A DNA stretch of 62,915 nt, filler included, from Candidatus Tectimicrobiota bacterium (lineage in GTDB: Bacteria > JACPSX01): NCBI GenBank assembly GCA_016193065.1. It is 5 parts of 5 records of this genome, joined end to end, with 100 filler letters (N's around TTAATTAATTAA, not from the genome) between each part and the next. Parts side by side here need not be neighbours in the genome. Positions count along the whole stretch, not along the records: positions 40,017 to 55,283 come from JACPSX010000060.1; positions 55,384 to 62,915 come from JACPSX010000146.1; 3 more parts are not named here. One strand, 5' to 3'. Shown here in pieces: positions 47,614 to 57,379 of this stretch (the first letter of the stretch is position 1; each line of letters opens with the position of its first letter). A model generated the notes under the pieces. The model saw nothing but the letters and a program-made list of their open reading frames with translations. It had not been told where the DNA came from and made no database searches. A program made the position numbers and the translations under genes.

Positions 47614-48274
47614 AGTGCTCCTTTAGGAATCGCCCCAGGGTTTCCAAGACTCGGGATCTCACATCGTCCGGTGTGCCCGCGGCAGGAATGAGGACGTATC
47701 GGCGAGGATCCTGCATTGCCAGGGTCAGATAGCCCGCCCGGATACGGCGGTGGAATTCCAGAGTATCTTCTTCAAACCGGTCCAGCCGGGCACCCACCCG
47801 GTGGGTACCCGCCGACATCTGGGCGCTGCGCTGTCTGGCCCGCTCCAAGCCCTCTTCCACATCGATGTCCAGCAGGAAGGTCAGATCGGGAACGATCCCA
47901 TCCGTAGCCAGAGCGTTGAGCTTCGAGATCGTGTCCATATCGATTCCCCGTCCGTACCCTTGATAGGCCAGGGTTGAGTCATGGAATCTGTCGCACAGCA
48001 CGATTTTCCCTGCCTCCAGTGCGGGGCGGATGACTTCCTTCACGTGTTGCGCCCTCGCGGCCAGGTAGAGGAGAAGTTCTGTCAGAGCTTGCATCCCGTG
48101 ATGAGCGCGGTTCAGTAAAATGTTGCGGATCTCATTCCCGATGGTTGTACCTCCGGGCTCCCGGGTGGCAACAATCGGGATCTTCTTCCCTGCCAGAAAA
48201 CGGTAGGCTTCCTCCATCTGAGTGCTCTTCCCACACCCTTCGACGCCCTCAAAAGTGATGAATTTTCCGGTCAT
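47600..48274 (-). CDS. tmk: Thymidylate kinase
   Basis: FITFEGVEGCGKSTQ, TREPGGT, LCDRF..STLAYQG, PDLTFLLD. Confidence 0.97.
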   Translation of the reverse strand: MTGKFITFEGVEGCGKSTQMEEAYRFLAGKKIPIVATREPGGTTIGNEIRNILLNRAHHGMQALTELLLYLAARAQHVKEVIRPALEAGKIVLCDRFHDSTLAYQGYGRGIDMDTISKLNALATDGIVPDLTFLLDIDVEEGLERARQRSAQMSAGTHRVGARLDRFEEDTLEFHRRIRAGYLTLAMQDPRRYVLIPAAGTPDDVRSRVLETLGRFLKEHYERL

Positions 48275-48479
48275 GATGGTCGGAACTCCCCCCCAGCACG
48301 TAGATGAACCAAGGACAGGGATCTAACGCGAGGCTATCTTAGCATAGAGGAGCGATTTTATCCAGGATGCCCCTTGCTTGGCGGAGTCCTAGGACTTTTT
48401 CGCATCTTCTGATAAGATCGCGCCACGGGGATGCTCCTGAGGGACCGGCAAAGCGGAAGGGGGACGTAAGGGATGATGA

Positions 48480-49346
48480 ATGCCTGCTGAACTATTTGCC
48501 TTGAGCAACGCCTTCTTATTTGCCCTCCACAACATGCTCACCAAAAAGGGTCTCAAGTATTCCAACCCTGCCACTGCGGTCCTCACGAGCCTGGCGGTTA
48601 ACGTGGTTGCCCTCTGGGGCGTCTCTCTTCTTTTCCTGCCCGTTGAGGCGCTTACCGCCTCCGGGATTTTTATCTTTGTCCTGGTCGGTCTTTTCCAGCC
48701 CGGGTTCACCCGCCTCTTGACCTACAAGAGCATCGAGACCGTGGGAGTTGCCGTCACGGATCCCCTGCGGGCCACCACCCCCATGTTCAGCGCCTTCCTC
48801 GCCATTCTTCTTCTGGGCGAGCGCATGACCCCGCCCATTTTCTTGGCCACCGTCCTGATCATTGCCGGCATCACTTTGCTCTCCCTGCGCAGTGGGGCCG
48901 CAAAAAAGATCCGTTTGCGCTATGTCTTCTATCCGCTCCTGGCCTCTTTCCTGGCCGGTTTCTCGCAAATCCTGCGGAAGTTCGGTCTGGCCGCGGTTCC
49001 TCACCCCGTCCTGGCCGCCGCCGTGACCGCCACGACCTCGCTCGTTGTCGTCTCTTTGAGCCTTTGGGTCGGCAGCCGACGCAAAAAGGTCCTGGCTCTC
49101 AACAAGGGGTGTTTTCCCTTTTACCTGGCGGCGGGTCTGGCGGTAAGCCTGGGGATGGTCACAATCTATTATGCGCTGGATCTCGGCAAGGTTGTGGTGG
49201 TTATTCCGATCAGCAGCACCGGTCCCCTGTTTACTTTGACTCTCACCGCTCTTTTCTTGAAAGGTGTCGAGCGAGTCACGCTGAAGATCGTTCTGGGAGC
49301 CGCGCTCATCATCTCCGGGGTGATCCTGCTTACCTTATGGAAGTGA
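48480..49346 (+). CDS. EamA/DMT-family transporter
   Basis: About 10 TM in two repeats, LLGER and FLKGVERV motifs. Confidence 0.9.
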   Translation: MPAELFALSNAFLFALHNMLTKKGLKYSNPATAVLTSLAVNVVALWGVSLLFLPVEALTASGIFIFVLVGLFQPGFTRLLTYKSIETVGVAVTDPLRATTPMFSAFLAILLLGERMTPPIFLATVLIIAGITLLSLRSGAAKKIRLRYVFYPLLASFLAGFSQILRKFGLAAVPHPVLAAAVTATTSLVVVSLSLWVGSRRKKVLALNKGCFPFYLAAGLAVSLGMVTIYYALDLGKVVVVIPISSTGPLFTLTLTALFLKGVERVTLKIVLGAALIISGVILLTLWK

Positions 49347-49414
49347 GTCTTTACAGCCTCCCGCCGGTCCTGCCGGAAGCGACCTTGGGAAGGAAGTTTT
49401 CACAATTTGCGAGT

Positions 49415-49675
49415 CTATCCTCCGCTAAGGGCACAGATGATGTGTATCCGGTCCGCGGGGCGGAGCGTTGTGCTCAGGTCGCGAGCTGGCTTCTCGTTGA
49501 CGAAAACCTTGATGTGCTCGCGGATTCCGTCCTGCTCGTTCATGATGCGAAAGCGCAGACCGGGATAACGGCGATCCAGACCGGACAGCAACTCTCCCAG
49601 CGTGGAGCCCTCCGCTTCCACTTCCCCCTTCTGTTCCGTGTACGATCGCGGAGGGGTGGGGACATAGACTTTCAT
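49415..49675 (-). CDS. MoaD/ThiS-family ubiquitin-like protein
   Basis: MKVYVPTP..SYT, YPGL, C-terminal ALSGG. Confidence 0.88.
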   Translation of the reverse strand: MKVYVPTPPRSYTEQKGEVEAEGSTLGELLSGLDRRYPGLRFRIMNEQDGIREHIKVFVNEKPARDLSTTLRPADRIHIICALSGG

Positions 49676-49941
49676 CGGGAGAGCTCCGCGACCTCCACGG
49701 AATAGATCTCGGGAAGGTGGCTCGCCAAGCATTTCCAGGTCTCGCCTTCATTCCTGCTCCCCCAGATCTCTCCGTTGGTCGTTCCGAAGTACACTCCAAC
49801 AGGCTCGTGCGTGTCCGCCGCCATGGCCTGGCGCTTCACGGTGAACCACCCCTGTTCTTGGGGCAGTCCTTTATCCTGGCACTTCCAGGTTTTGCCTCCG
49901 TTGCGCGTGACGTAGGCGGCGGGCTTGGATTCCATGGGCAA
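49672..49941 (-). pseudogene. C-terminal fragment of BNR/sialidase-like beta-propeller protein
   Basis: YVTRNGGKTW and WGSRNEGETW Asp-box repeats, HLPEIYSVE; rest of the gene absent. Confidence 0.75.
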
Positions 49942-50240
49942 CCCCTCCTCCGTGTGTACAGATGCTGGACGGCAGCGCTCCGGGTGGTTCCGAGTAGATA
50001 AGGATATACCGGAGTCACACGATTTTGGCCAGCCGCCCTTGACAAAAGGGAGAGCGGCTGATTTGTTGATACCAACTGGCGGGTATAGGAATGCGAGTCG
50101 CGCCGGCTCATTCCCCGGTGAAAGAGAAACTCCTCGTGATCGTTTACAAAGGAGGAGGCATTCATGAACGGTAAGTTTCGAAGGGCAAAATGAGATTCGG
50201 GTGCGCTTGGGAAAAGCGCGGAAGTAAAGGAGAGTGGACT

Positions 50241-50606
50241 ATGGCGAATCCGTTCGTGCACGTTGAGCTGCACACGCAGGATCCGGCTCAGGCAAAGAAG
50301 TTCTACAAGAGTCTGTTTAGCTGGGGGCTGGAGGATCTCCCGATGGGGGAGGGCACGTACACGATGATCAACGTCGGGGAGGGGACGGGAGGCGGGATCA
50401 TGAAGAACCCTGTTCCGGAGACGCCCTCCCACTGGCTGGCATATGTCCTGGTAGGGGACGTGAAGGGCTCCACGAAAAAGGCGCGCGAGCTTGGAGCGAC
50501 AGTCGTTCAGGAGGTCACCGAGATCCCGGACTACGGCTGGTTCAGCGTGATCGTGGATCCGGCCGGTGCGGCGCTCGGGCTCTGGCAACCGAAGGCGCAA
50601 AAGTGA
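50241..50606 (+). CDS. VOC/glyoxalase family protein
   Basis: NPFVHVEL, AKKFY..LFSW, WLAYV, DPAGA.LGLW. Confidence 0.92.
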   Translation: MANPFVHVELHTQDPAQAKKFYKSLFSWGLEDLPMGEGTYTMINVGEGTGGGIMKNPVPETPSHWLAYVLVGDVKGSTKKARELGATVVQEVTEIPDYGWFSVIVDPAGAALGLWQPKAQK

Positions 50607-50702
50607 GGGACTGTCCGCTTGCCTGCGGCTGCGATGATTCTCCCTTATATGACCATCGTGATCGAGACGGTCTAAAGCTGCCCGGGCAGAGGCGTCGAAC
50701 AG

Positions 50703-51629
50703 ATGCCGGAACTCCCTGACCTCACCATCTATGTAGAGGCCCTCCGGCGTTTCGCAGTGGGACGGCGTCTGGAGAGAATCCGTCTCGCCAGCCCCTTCGT
50801 CTTGCGGACCGCTGATCCGCCCCTCTCCGAATCTCACGGAAAGACTTTGGGCGAGGTGCGCCGGATAGGGAAGCGAATCATCTTCATTTTGGAGGGAGAC
50901 TTTTTCCTGGTCGTACACTTGATGATCGCCGGCCGGTTGCGCTGGAAAGAGGCCGGGGCGAAGATTCCGGGGAGGGTGGGGCTGGCTGCCTTCGACTTTC
51001 CCCACGGAACTCTTCTCTTGACCGAGGCGGGCACGAAAAGGCGCGCGTCCCTCCACCTGGCGCGCGGGGAGAGCGCTCTGAAGGAGTTCGATCACGGCGG
51101 CCTCGAGCCGCTGCGGGCGGACTTTCGGGCATTTCAAGAGGTGCTCACAAGAGAGAACCACACGCTGAAACGGGCTCTCACCGACCCGCGCCTCTTCAGC
51201 GGCATCGGCAATGCCTACTCCGATGAGATCCTGCACCGGGCGCGCCTCTCTCCTGTTATGCTCACCGGCAAGCTGGACGAAGGGGAGATGAAACGTCTCT
51301 TCCAGGCGATGCGGGACACGCTGGCAGAGTGGATCACCCGCCTGCGCGCCGAGACCGGAGAGGGGTTTCCCGAGAACGTGACTGCCTTTCGCGAGGGCAT
51401 GGCGGTGCACGGCCGCTACGGCAAGCCCTGCCCTGTGTGTCGGTCACCGGTACAGCGCATTGTGCATGCCGAGAACGAATCGAACTACTGCGCCACATGC
51501 CAGACGGGCGGGAGGCTCCTGGCGGACCGCGCGTTGTCCCGCTTGCTCAAGTCCGATTGGCCGAAGACCATCGAAGAATGGGAGGAACAGCGCAGGGGGC
51601 GTGGAAGACTACACCCTCGTCGCCTATGA
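50703..51629 (+). CDS. Fpg/Nei-family DNA glycosylase
   Basis: N-terminal PELP, HLMIAG, H2TH GIGNAYSDE, zinc finger CPVC...CATCQ. Confidence 0.93.
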   Translation: MPELPDLTIYVEALRRFAVGRRLERIRLASPFVLRTADPPLSESHGKTLGEVRRIGKRIIFILEGDFFLVVHLMIAGRLRWKEAGAKIPGRVGLAAFDFPHGTLLLTEAGTKRRASLHLARGESALKEFDHGGLEPLRADFRAFQEVLTRENHTLKRALTDPRLFSGIGNAYSDEILHRARLSPVMLTGKLDEGEMKRLFQAMRDTLAEWITRLRAETGEGFPENVTAFREGMAVHGRYGKPCPVCRSPVQRIVHAENESNYCATCQTGGRLLADRALSRLLKSDWPKTIEEWEEQRRGRGRLHPRRL

Positions 51630-51696
51630 GCCGCTGCCCCAGAGAATCGTAGCAGCAGTGGACAGGGTTGATCATTGCGGGAATCTCCGGTGAGCC

Positions 51697-52038
51697 ATGA
51701 AAGACGATTCCTTTACGGAGTTTATTCGGGATCAGTTGCGCGATCTGGGCGAGGTGGAATGCCGCGCCATGTTCGGGGGCTACGGGCTTTACCACGGCGA
51801 GGTCTTCTTTGCCATCACTTTTAAGGGCCGGCTCTACTTCAAGACCGATCCGACGACCCTGCCCGCGTACCGGAAAATGGGCATGAAGCCTTTCCGTCCC
51901 AACGCCAGGCAAACCCTGAAGACTTATTATGAGGTGCCCGTGGACATCATCGAGGATCAGGATCAGCTCACCGCCTGGGCCCGGAAGGCTCTTGAAGCGC
52001 AAATACGAAGCGAAAATTCGAGGGGCCGGGGGCGGTAA
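51697..52038 (+). CDS. TfoX/Sxy N-terminal domain protein
   Basis: RAMFGGYGLY, LYFKTD, YYEVP. Confidence 0.9.
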   Translation: MKDDSFTEFIRDQLRDLGEVECRAMFGGYGLYHGEVFFAITFKGRLYFKTDPTTLPAYRKMGMKPFRPNARQTLKTYYEVPVDIIEDQDQLTAWARKALEAQIRSENSRGRGR

Positions 52039-52148
52039 AGCGTGCTCACACGGCCCTCAGTCTCCGGCTTTCACCTTGCCGGCTTGGCATCCATCGGATA
52101 CCGTGTCAGAGAAAGAAAGGGGACGGGGATGTTTCAAGCGGGGATGGG

Positions 52149-52928
52149 ATGAAATCGACGTTCTCCGCAGGCCTTTGCATCTTCCTGCTTTTGTGCACGG
52201 ACATTGCGGGGGCGCAAATGGTTCGGATTCCAGCGGGTGAGTTCCTCATGGGGAGTGACAGCGGTCCTTCCGACGAGCGGCCCACCCACCGGCTTTTCCT
52301 CCCTGCTTTTGAGATGGACCGCCTTCCCGTTACGAATGCTGAGTTCGCCGACTTCCTGAACGCCGTTGGGCCGGCCAACGCCCGGGGCGAGAACCTCTTC
52401 GATGTGGAGGATCCGGATGCTCGCATCCACCGCCGGGGCGGGCGCTGGGGCGCGGATGCCGGCTTCGAGAGCCGTCCCGTCGTGGAGGCAAGCTGGGCCG
52501 GGGCGCGGGACTACTGCGCCTGGGCGGGAAAGCGGCTGCCGACGGAGGCGGAGTGGGAGAAGGCGGCCCGGGGGACTGACGGGAGACGCTACCCGTGGGG
52601 GAACGAGGCACCCGACGCGGCCCGTGCCCGCTTTGCGGCCGGATGGAATGAGACCGCTCCGGTCGGGAACTTTCCGCGGGGGGCCAGTCCCTACGGCATC
52701 CTGGACATGAGCGGGAACGCCTGGGAGTGGGTAAACAGCGCGTATCGGCCGTACCCGTATCGGGCGGACGATGGGCGCGAGGAGCTGACGGCCGGACCGG
52801 TGCGCGGCACGCGGGGCGGCGGCCACGACTCGTCCGCGCAGGAGATCACGACGACCCAGCGCGGCCGCAACCTGTCCCGGAACCCCCGAAACGGGCATCA
52901 CAACATCGGATTTCGCTGCGCCCGCTGA
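52149..52928 (+). CDS. Formylglycine-generating-enzyme (SUMF1/EgtB/PvdO) family protein, secreted
   Basis: IPAGEFLMG, VTNAEF, RLPTEAEWEKAARG, DMSGNAWEW, IGFRC. Confidence 0.92.
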   Translation: MKSTFSAGLCIFLLLCTDIAGAQMVRIPAGEFLMGSDSGPSDERPTHRLFLPAFEMDRLPVTNAEFADFLNAVGPANARGENLFDVEDPDARIHRRGGRWGADAGFESRPVVEASWAGARDYCAWAGKRLPTEAEWEKAARGTDGRRYPWGNEAPDAARARFAAGWNETAPVGNFPRGASPYGILDMSGNAWEWVNSAYRPYPYRADDGREELTAGPVRGTRGGGHDSSAQEITTTQRGRNLSRNPRNGHHNIGFRCAR

Positions 52929-52998
52929 CCCTGCGGGTGTGCACTTTGCTCTCCCCGGGTTTTCATTGAGAAGGTGGGGGGAAACCAGAGAAATCCTC

Positions 52999-53172
52999 GG
53001 GGCGCCCCCTTGGGCTCCCGGACAGCTTGCGACAGGGATTTAATGACCGGATCGATTGGCTCTTCGCCTCGCAACCTGTCAGGTCGCCTGCGGGGGCTGC
53101 CCCTCGGATTGACAGGATTTCGTGGGGCGGCGCCCGCAAAACTCTGCAGGGGCACCCCTATGTGGGTGCCCT
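52999..53172. repeat. Composite intergenic repeat (homologous to 3315-3428, contains 5' tip of the structured element and a REP-like palindrome)
   Basis: TCGCCTGCGGGGGCTGCCCCTCGGA 53084-53108; GCGGCGCCCGCAAAACT; GGGCACCC-CTATGT-GGGTGCCC. Confidence 0.6.
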
Positions 53173-53283
53173 CTCTCTCGCCGGTGCCAAGAAACACAAA
53201 CCCGTTGCGAACTGCCTATCTCAGGTGCGAGAATTCCTATAGATCGGTCTTCCGGTGAGGGGCTGGTGCACGGAGATGATCCT

Positions 53284-53703
53284 ATGAGCCTTTTTCCCGT
53301 TTCTCCTGAAAAGGAGCGCGAGCTGTTCGAGCGCATGCGGCGCCTGGGCGTGAGCGAGCAGGACATGGAAGAGAAGTTCGTGCGCTCCCAGGGGGCCGGA
53401 GGCCAGAACGTGAACAAGACCTCCACCTGCGTGGTCCTCCGCCACCTTCCCACCGGCCTGATGGTGAAGTGCCAGGAGGAGCGCTCTCAGGGATTGAACC
53501 GGTTCAGGGCCCGGCGCCTGCTCCTGGACAAGATCGAGGAGAAGATCCTGGGACGGTTGAGCGCCGAGCGGCAGAAGATCGAGAAGATCCGGCGCCAGAA
53601 GCGGAAGCGCTCCAAGCGGGCCAAAGAAAAAGTGCTGGAGGCCAAACATCACCAGGCGAAGAAAAAAGCCTGGCGAGCCTCCCCGAGCCGGGACGGAGAT
53701 TGA
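53284..53703 (+). CDS. Short peptide-chain-release-factor-like protein (ArfB-type ribosome rescue factor)
   Basis: RSQGAGGQNVNK GGQ motif, RSQ..NR, basic C-terminal tail. Confidence 0.88.
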   Translation: MSLFPVSPEKERELFERMRRLGVSEQDMEEKFVRSQGAGGQNVNKTSTCVVLRHLPTGLMVKCQEERSQGLNRFRARRLLLDKIEEKILGRLSAERQKIEKIRRQKRKRSKRAKEKVLEAKHHQAKKKAWRASPSRDGD

Positions 53704-53739
53704 GCGCGGCATCGGCGGGAAGTGTGCGAGGAGGTCATC

Positions 53740-54225
53740 GTGACGCTGAAGAATTACTGGCTCATGAAGTCCGAGCCCAGTGCGTTTTCTTTCGATGATC
53801 TGCGCAAGGCAAAAAGTCAGACGACCTCCTGGGACGGTGTCCGCAACTACCAGGCCCGCAATACCATGCGCGATTCCATGCAGGTTGGAGACGGGGTCCT
53901 CTTCTACCACAGCAACGCCGACCCTCCCTGCATTCCCGGGATTGCCGAGGTGGTCCGGGAAGGGTATGCGGACCACACAGCCTTTGATCCAAAGGATTCC
54001 CATTACGATCCCAAGAGCCGGAAGGAATCGCCGATCTGGTACGTGGTGGACATCAAGTTCGTGAAGGCGTTTAAGGAGCCGGTGACGTTGCCGAAGATTC
54101 GGGCCACCAAGGAGCTGCAAAAAATGGTCCTCGTGCGTCCCGGCAGCCGCCTCTCCGTCCAACCGGTTACCCGGCAAGAGTGGGAAATCATCTTGCGACT
54201 GGGTGGAATCGGACGGGAGAAGTAA
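53740..54225 (+). CDS. EVE domain protein
   Basis: YWLMKSEP, WDGVRNYQARN, FYHS, RLSVQPV. Confidence 0.93.
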   Translation: MTLKNYWLMKSEPSAFSFDDLRKAKSQTTSWDGVRNYQARNTMRDSMQVGDGVLFYHSNADPPCIPGIAEVVREGYADHTAFDPKDSHYDPKSRKESPIWYVVDIKFVKAFKEPVTLPKIRATKELQKMVLVRPGSRLSVQPVTRQEWEIILRLGGIGREK

Positions 54226-54348
54226 AGGGGCTAAGCCAGTAAGACGGCGATGATACCTGTCACGAAGATCCCGTCAAAAGTCCCGCTCCCCCGCAAGATG
54301 GACCCGGCAGTTTAGCCGCCCGATGTCAGACAGATAGAGGTAATCGCG

Positions 54349-55119
54349 ATGTTGGGTGCGATCGTTGGAGACGTGATCGGTTCGGTTCATGAGTTCGCCG
54401 GGACCAAGACCAAGGATTTCCCCCTGTTTGTGGCCGGGTCCACATTCACTGACGATTCAGTGCTGACGGTGGCTGTGGCCGACTGGTTGCTTAGCGGGCA
54501 GGATCTGGTCGACGTACTGCACGCGTACTATCACGCCTATCCCGGGCGCGGCTACGGCGGCATGTTTCACCAGTGGGCCGGTGGCCGCCGGCGCCGGCCC
54601 TACAACAGCTTTGGCAATGGTTCGGCGATGCGTGTAAGCCCGGTCGGGTTCGCATTTGAAACGATCGAAGATGTACTGTTCTGGGCCGAGAGGAGTGCCG
54701 CTGTCACCCACAACCACCCTGATGGCATCCGCGGGGCGCAGGCGACCGCAGCCGCCATCTACTACGCGCGTCGGAGCCGGGACAAGGATCAGATCAGAAG
54801 AACCTTGGAGTCGCAGTTCGGGTATGACCTCAGCGTACGACTCGAACAGATCCGGCCGACCTATCGCTTCGACGAGACCTGTCAGGGCACAGTACCGGAA
54901 GCGCTGGCAGCGTTCTTCCAGTCCACGGACTTCGAGGACGCGATACGCAATGCCGTCTCCTTGGGCGGGGATGCCGACACCCTGGCGTGTATCACCGGAA
55001 GTGTCGCCGAGGCGTACTATGGTGGCGTTCCGCAGGATCTCGCAGCGCGCGCCATGGCGTTACTGGACAAGAGGCTGGTCACAGTCGTTGACAGATTCCG
55101 AGAACAGTTCCGGCGGTGA
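54349..55119 (+). CDS. ADP-ribosylglycohydrolase family protein
   Basis: GAIVGD, FTDD, GNGSAMR, TH, GGDADT. Confidence 0.93.
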   Translation: MLGAIVGDVIGSVHEFAGTKTKDFPLFVAGSTFTDDSVLTVAVADWLLSGQDLVDVLHAYYHAYPGRGYGGMFHQWAGGRRRRPYNSFGNGSAMRVSPVGFAFETIEDVLFWAERSAAVTHNHPDGIRGAQATAAAIYYARRSRDKDQIRRTLESQFGYDLSVRLEQIRPTYRFDETCQGTVPEALAAFFQSTDFEDAIRNAVSLGGDADTLACITGSVAEAYYGGVPQDLAARAMALLDKRLVTVVDRFREQFRR

Positions 55120-55283
55120 GGGAGAGCAGATCTATCTCACGACCCGCCTGGCGCGGGCGGAGGCGCCGTCGTGAGACGAACCGGTTACTTATTCTTCATA
55201 AGTATGATTGTCATGCATGGATGGAAACCATGACCCCCAATGCCGTTCTGCCTCGTGCCGCCGCCGCTCTGGGCGGTTTGCCC

Positions 55284-55383
55284 NNNNNNNNNNNNNNNNN
55301 NNNNNNNNNNNNNNNNNNNNNNNNNNNTTAATTAATTAANNNNNNNNNNNNNNNNNNNNNNNNNNNNNNNNNNNNNNNNNNNN
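55284..55383. other. Artificial contig-joining gap
   Basis: 100 N with TTAATTAATTAA linker. Confidence 0.97.
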
Positions 55384-55685
55384 AACCCTCCCTGCAAATC
55401 CTGAATGGCGATGGTCATGCAGACTTGGAGTTGATGTGCGACAAAGGGGTCGCCTATTCCGAGGGGGTCTTCTACCCCTGTCCGGTGCTGGTCAAGGAGC
55501 CCAGCGCAAAATTGGGTGATACCCTGGAGGAAGCCTTAAGCCCGCAGTCCCGGCAAAGGGTGGCTCGGCTGCGCGAGGTGCACTCTGCCTGTCAGGTCTG
55601 TTTGAAAGGTTCCACCTGAGCGTAGAGCCGTGCTCCGTGAGAGCACAACCGGGAGCAAGATCAGCACAAAGAAAAGCCGCGGAAC

Positions 55686-56789
55686 ATGGATTCACGAACA
55701 GATAAGAAGGGCAACACTTTCAGCGGGAGCGCGACGGCGACCATGAACACGGACAGCGCCTATTTTCAGGCCATCGATCCCGAACGTCGGGAGGCCGTTG
55801 CCGCTTACGATCCCACCTGCCTTTACCTGGAGGTGAGCAACGAATGCAACCTCACCTGCAAGACCTGTCCTTTGACGTACGGAAAAGCAGAAGAGCCGGC
55901 GGCTCTTGGCTTCGAGCAGGTGCAGCAGATCGTTTCCCAATTCCCCGACGTGAAGCGGGTGACACTGCACGGGGTGGGAGAACCCCTGCTCAATCGCGAT
56001 CTCCCGAAGATCATCCGTTGGTTGAAGGAGCAGGGGATACACGTCTTGTTTAATTCAAACGGTACTCTCATGAACCGGCGCTGGCAGGAAGCGCTCATCG
56101 CCTCCGGACTGGATGAGATCCGGCTCTCCCTGGATGCGGCCACCCCGGAAACTTTCGCCCGCGTGAGGGGGAAGCCTCTCTTTGAGGTGATCGTGAAGAA
56201 TATTCGGGGACTGATGGCCCTCAAAATTGAGAGAGGATCGCCCCTCCCTCTCGTCTCCCTCTGGCTCACCGGGCTGCGGGAGACCATCAAGGAACTCCCC
56301 GATTTCATCCGGCTGGCGCACTCCCTGGGCGTTGATCGCGTTCACCTGCAGCGCTTGGTCTATTGGGAGGAGGAGAACCACGGCCGGCTGGCCACTGCCG
56401 GGCAATCCCTGTTCGGCTCGCTGCGGGACGAGGAGGAAGAAATTATCGCCTCGGGGCAGGAACTGGCCCGGGAACTCGGCATCTCCTTTGAGGCCTCGGG
56501 AGCCACAAGTCCTGCGGCGAGCCTTGCCCGCAGGGACCGGGAACAACCCTGGAAGGACTGCATGCGTCCCTGGACCCTCATGTACATCAGCGCCCGGGGA
56601 AGCTGCTTTCCCTGCTGCATTGCTCCATTCTCCACGAAGGATCTGGGCAGCCTCTCTCTCGGGAATGCGTTTGCAGAGGACTTGGCGACCATCTGGAATG
56701 GGAAACGATATCAAGAATTCCGCCAGCGCCTTCTGAGCCCCGATCCTCCGGAATGCTGCGTGGGGTGCGGAGCCTGTTGGAGCCTGTAG
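55686..56789 (+). CDS. Radical SAM protein with SPASM/Twitch domain
   Basis: CNLTCKTC, GEPLL, C..PW...G.CFPCC...IWNG..Y..FR...CCVGC; start may be 55743. Confidence 0.93.
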   Translation: MDSRTDKKGNTFSGSATATMNTDSAYFQAIDPERREAVAAYDPTCLYLEVSNECNLTCKTCPLTYGKAEEPAALGFEQVQQIVSQFPDVKRVTLHGVGEPLLNRDLPKIIRWLKEQGIHVLFNSNGTLMNRRWQEALIASGLDEIRLSLDAATPETFARVRGKPLFEVIVKNIRGLMALKIERGSPLPLVSLWLTGLRETIKELPDFIRLAHSLGVDRVHLQRLVYWEEENHGRLATAGQSLFGSLRDEEEEIIASGQELARELGISFEASGATSPAASLARRDREQPWKDCMRPWTLMYISARGSCFPCCIAPFSTKDLGSLSLGNAFAEDLATIWNGKRYQEFRQRLLSPDPPECCVGCGACWSL

Positions 56790-56809
56790 GATCATAAGGA
56801 GGCTATTTT

Positions 56810-57349
56810 ATGAGCGTGAGCATCGGCAGCGGGGGGTTGAGGGACATGGCTCTCTGGGTCGCGTTTTATCGGATCGCCCTGGGATTTATGTGGTTTGATC
56901 AAGCTTTGCAAAAGGCTCCCTGGGTCATGGGACCCGAGGGCAAGCCCTACGGGTGGCTTTACGGCTATATCTGGAAAGAGATCAATCATCCAACCTTCGG
57001 CATATATGCCGCCTTTCTGAAGAATCTCGTGATCCCGAACTTCGGGTTCTTCGGCTTTACAACCTTTCTCGGCGAACTCGCGATTGGTCTCTCACTCGTT
57101 GTGGGGATCCTGGTCCCCCTGGTCGGAGGGCTGGGCGGTACGCTCATGCAGCTCAACATTGCGATCGGCAGCTACGGGATTCCCGGTGAGTGGTTCTGGC
57201 TCTGGCCGCTTCTGATCGGCAGCCACCTGATCTTCATGATGGGGCGGGCGGGCCGCCGCCTGGGATGGGACGGCCGTATTGCGAAATCCCTGGCACGATC
57301 TCCGGACTCGGGTGGAATGCTCCGCCGCCTCTTGCCCTATGTCGTATAG
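56810..57349 (+). CDS. DoxX/DoxD (TQO small subunit)-like membrane protein
   Basis: RIALGFMW, ELAIG, AGRRLGWDG. Confidence 0.75.
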   Translation: MSVSIGSGGLRDMALWVAFYRIALGFMWFDQALQKAPWVMGPEGKPYGWLYGYIWKEINHPTFGIYAAFLKNLVIPNFGFFGFTTFLGELAIGLSLVVGILVPLVGGLGGTLMQLNIAIGSYGIPGEWFWLWPLLIGSHLIFMMGRAGRRLGWDGRIAKSLARSPDSGGMLRRLLPYVV

Positions 57350-57379
57350 AGCCGGCTTGAGGGACAGAGAGGATTCTCC

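Noticed and set aside
55425-55619. Small Cys-containing ORF as a RiPP precursor for the radical SAM enzyme
   Set aside because: It lies at a contig edge and is probably the tail of a truncated gene; no leader/core pattern supports a precursor role
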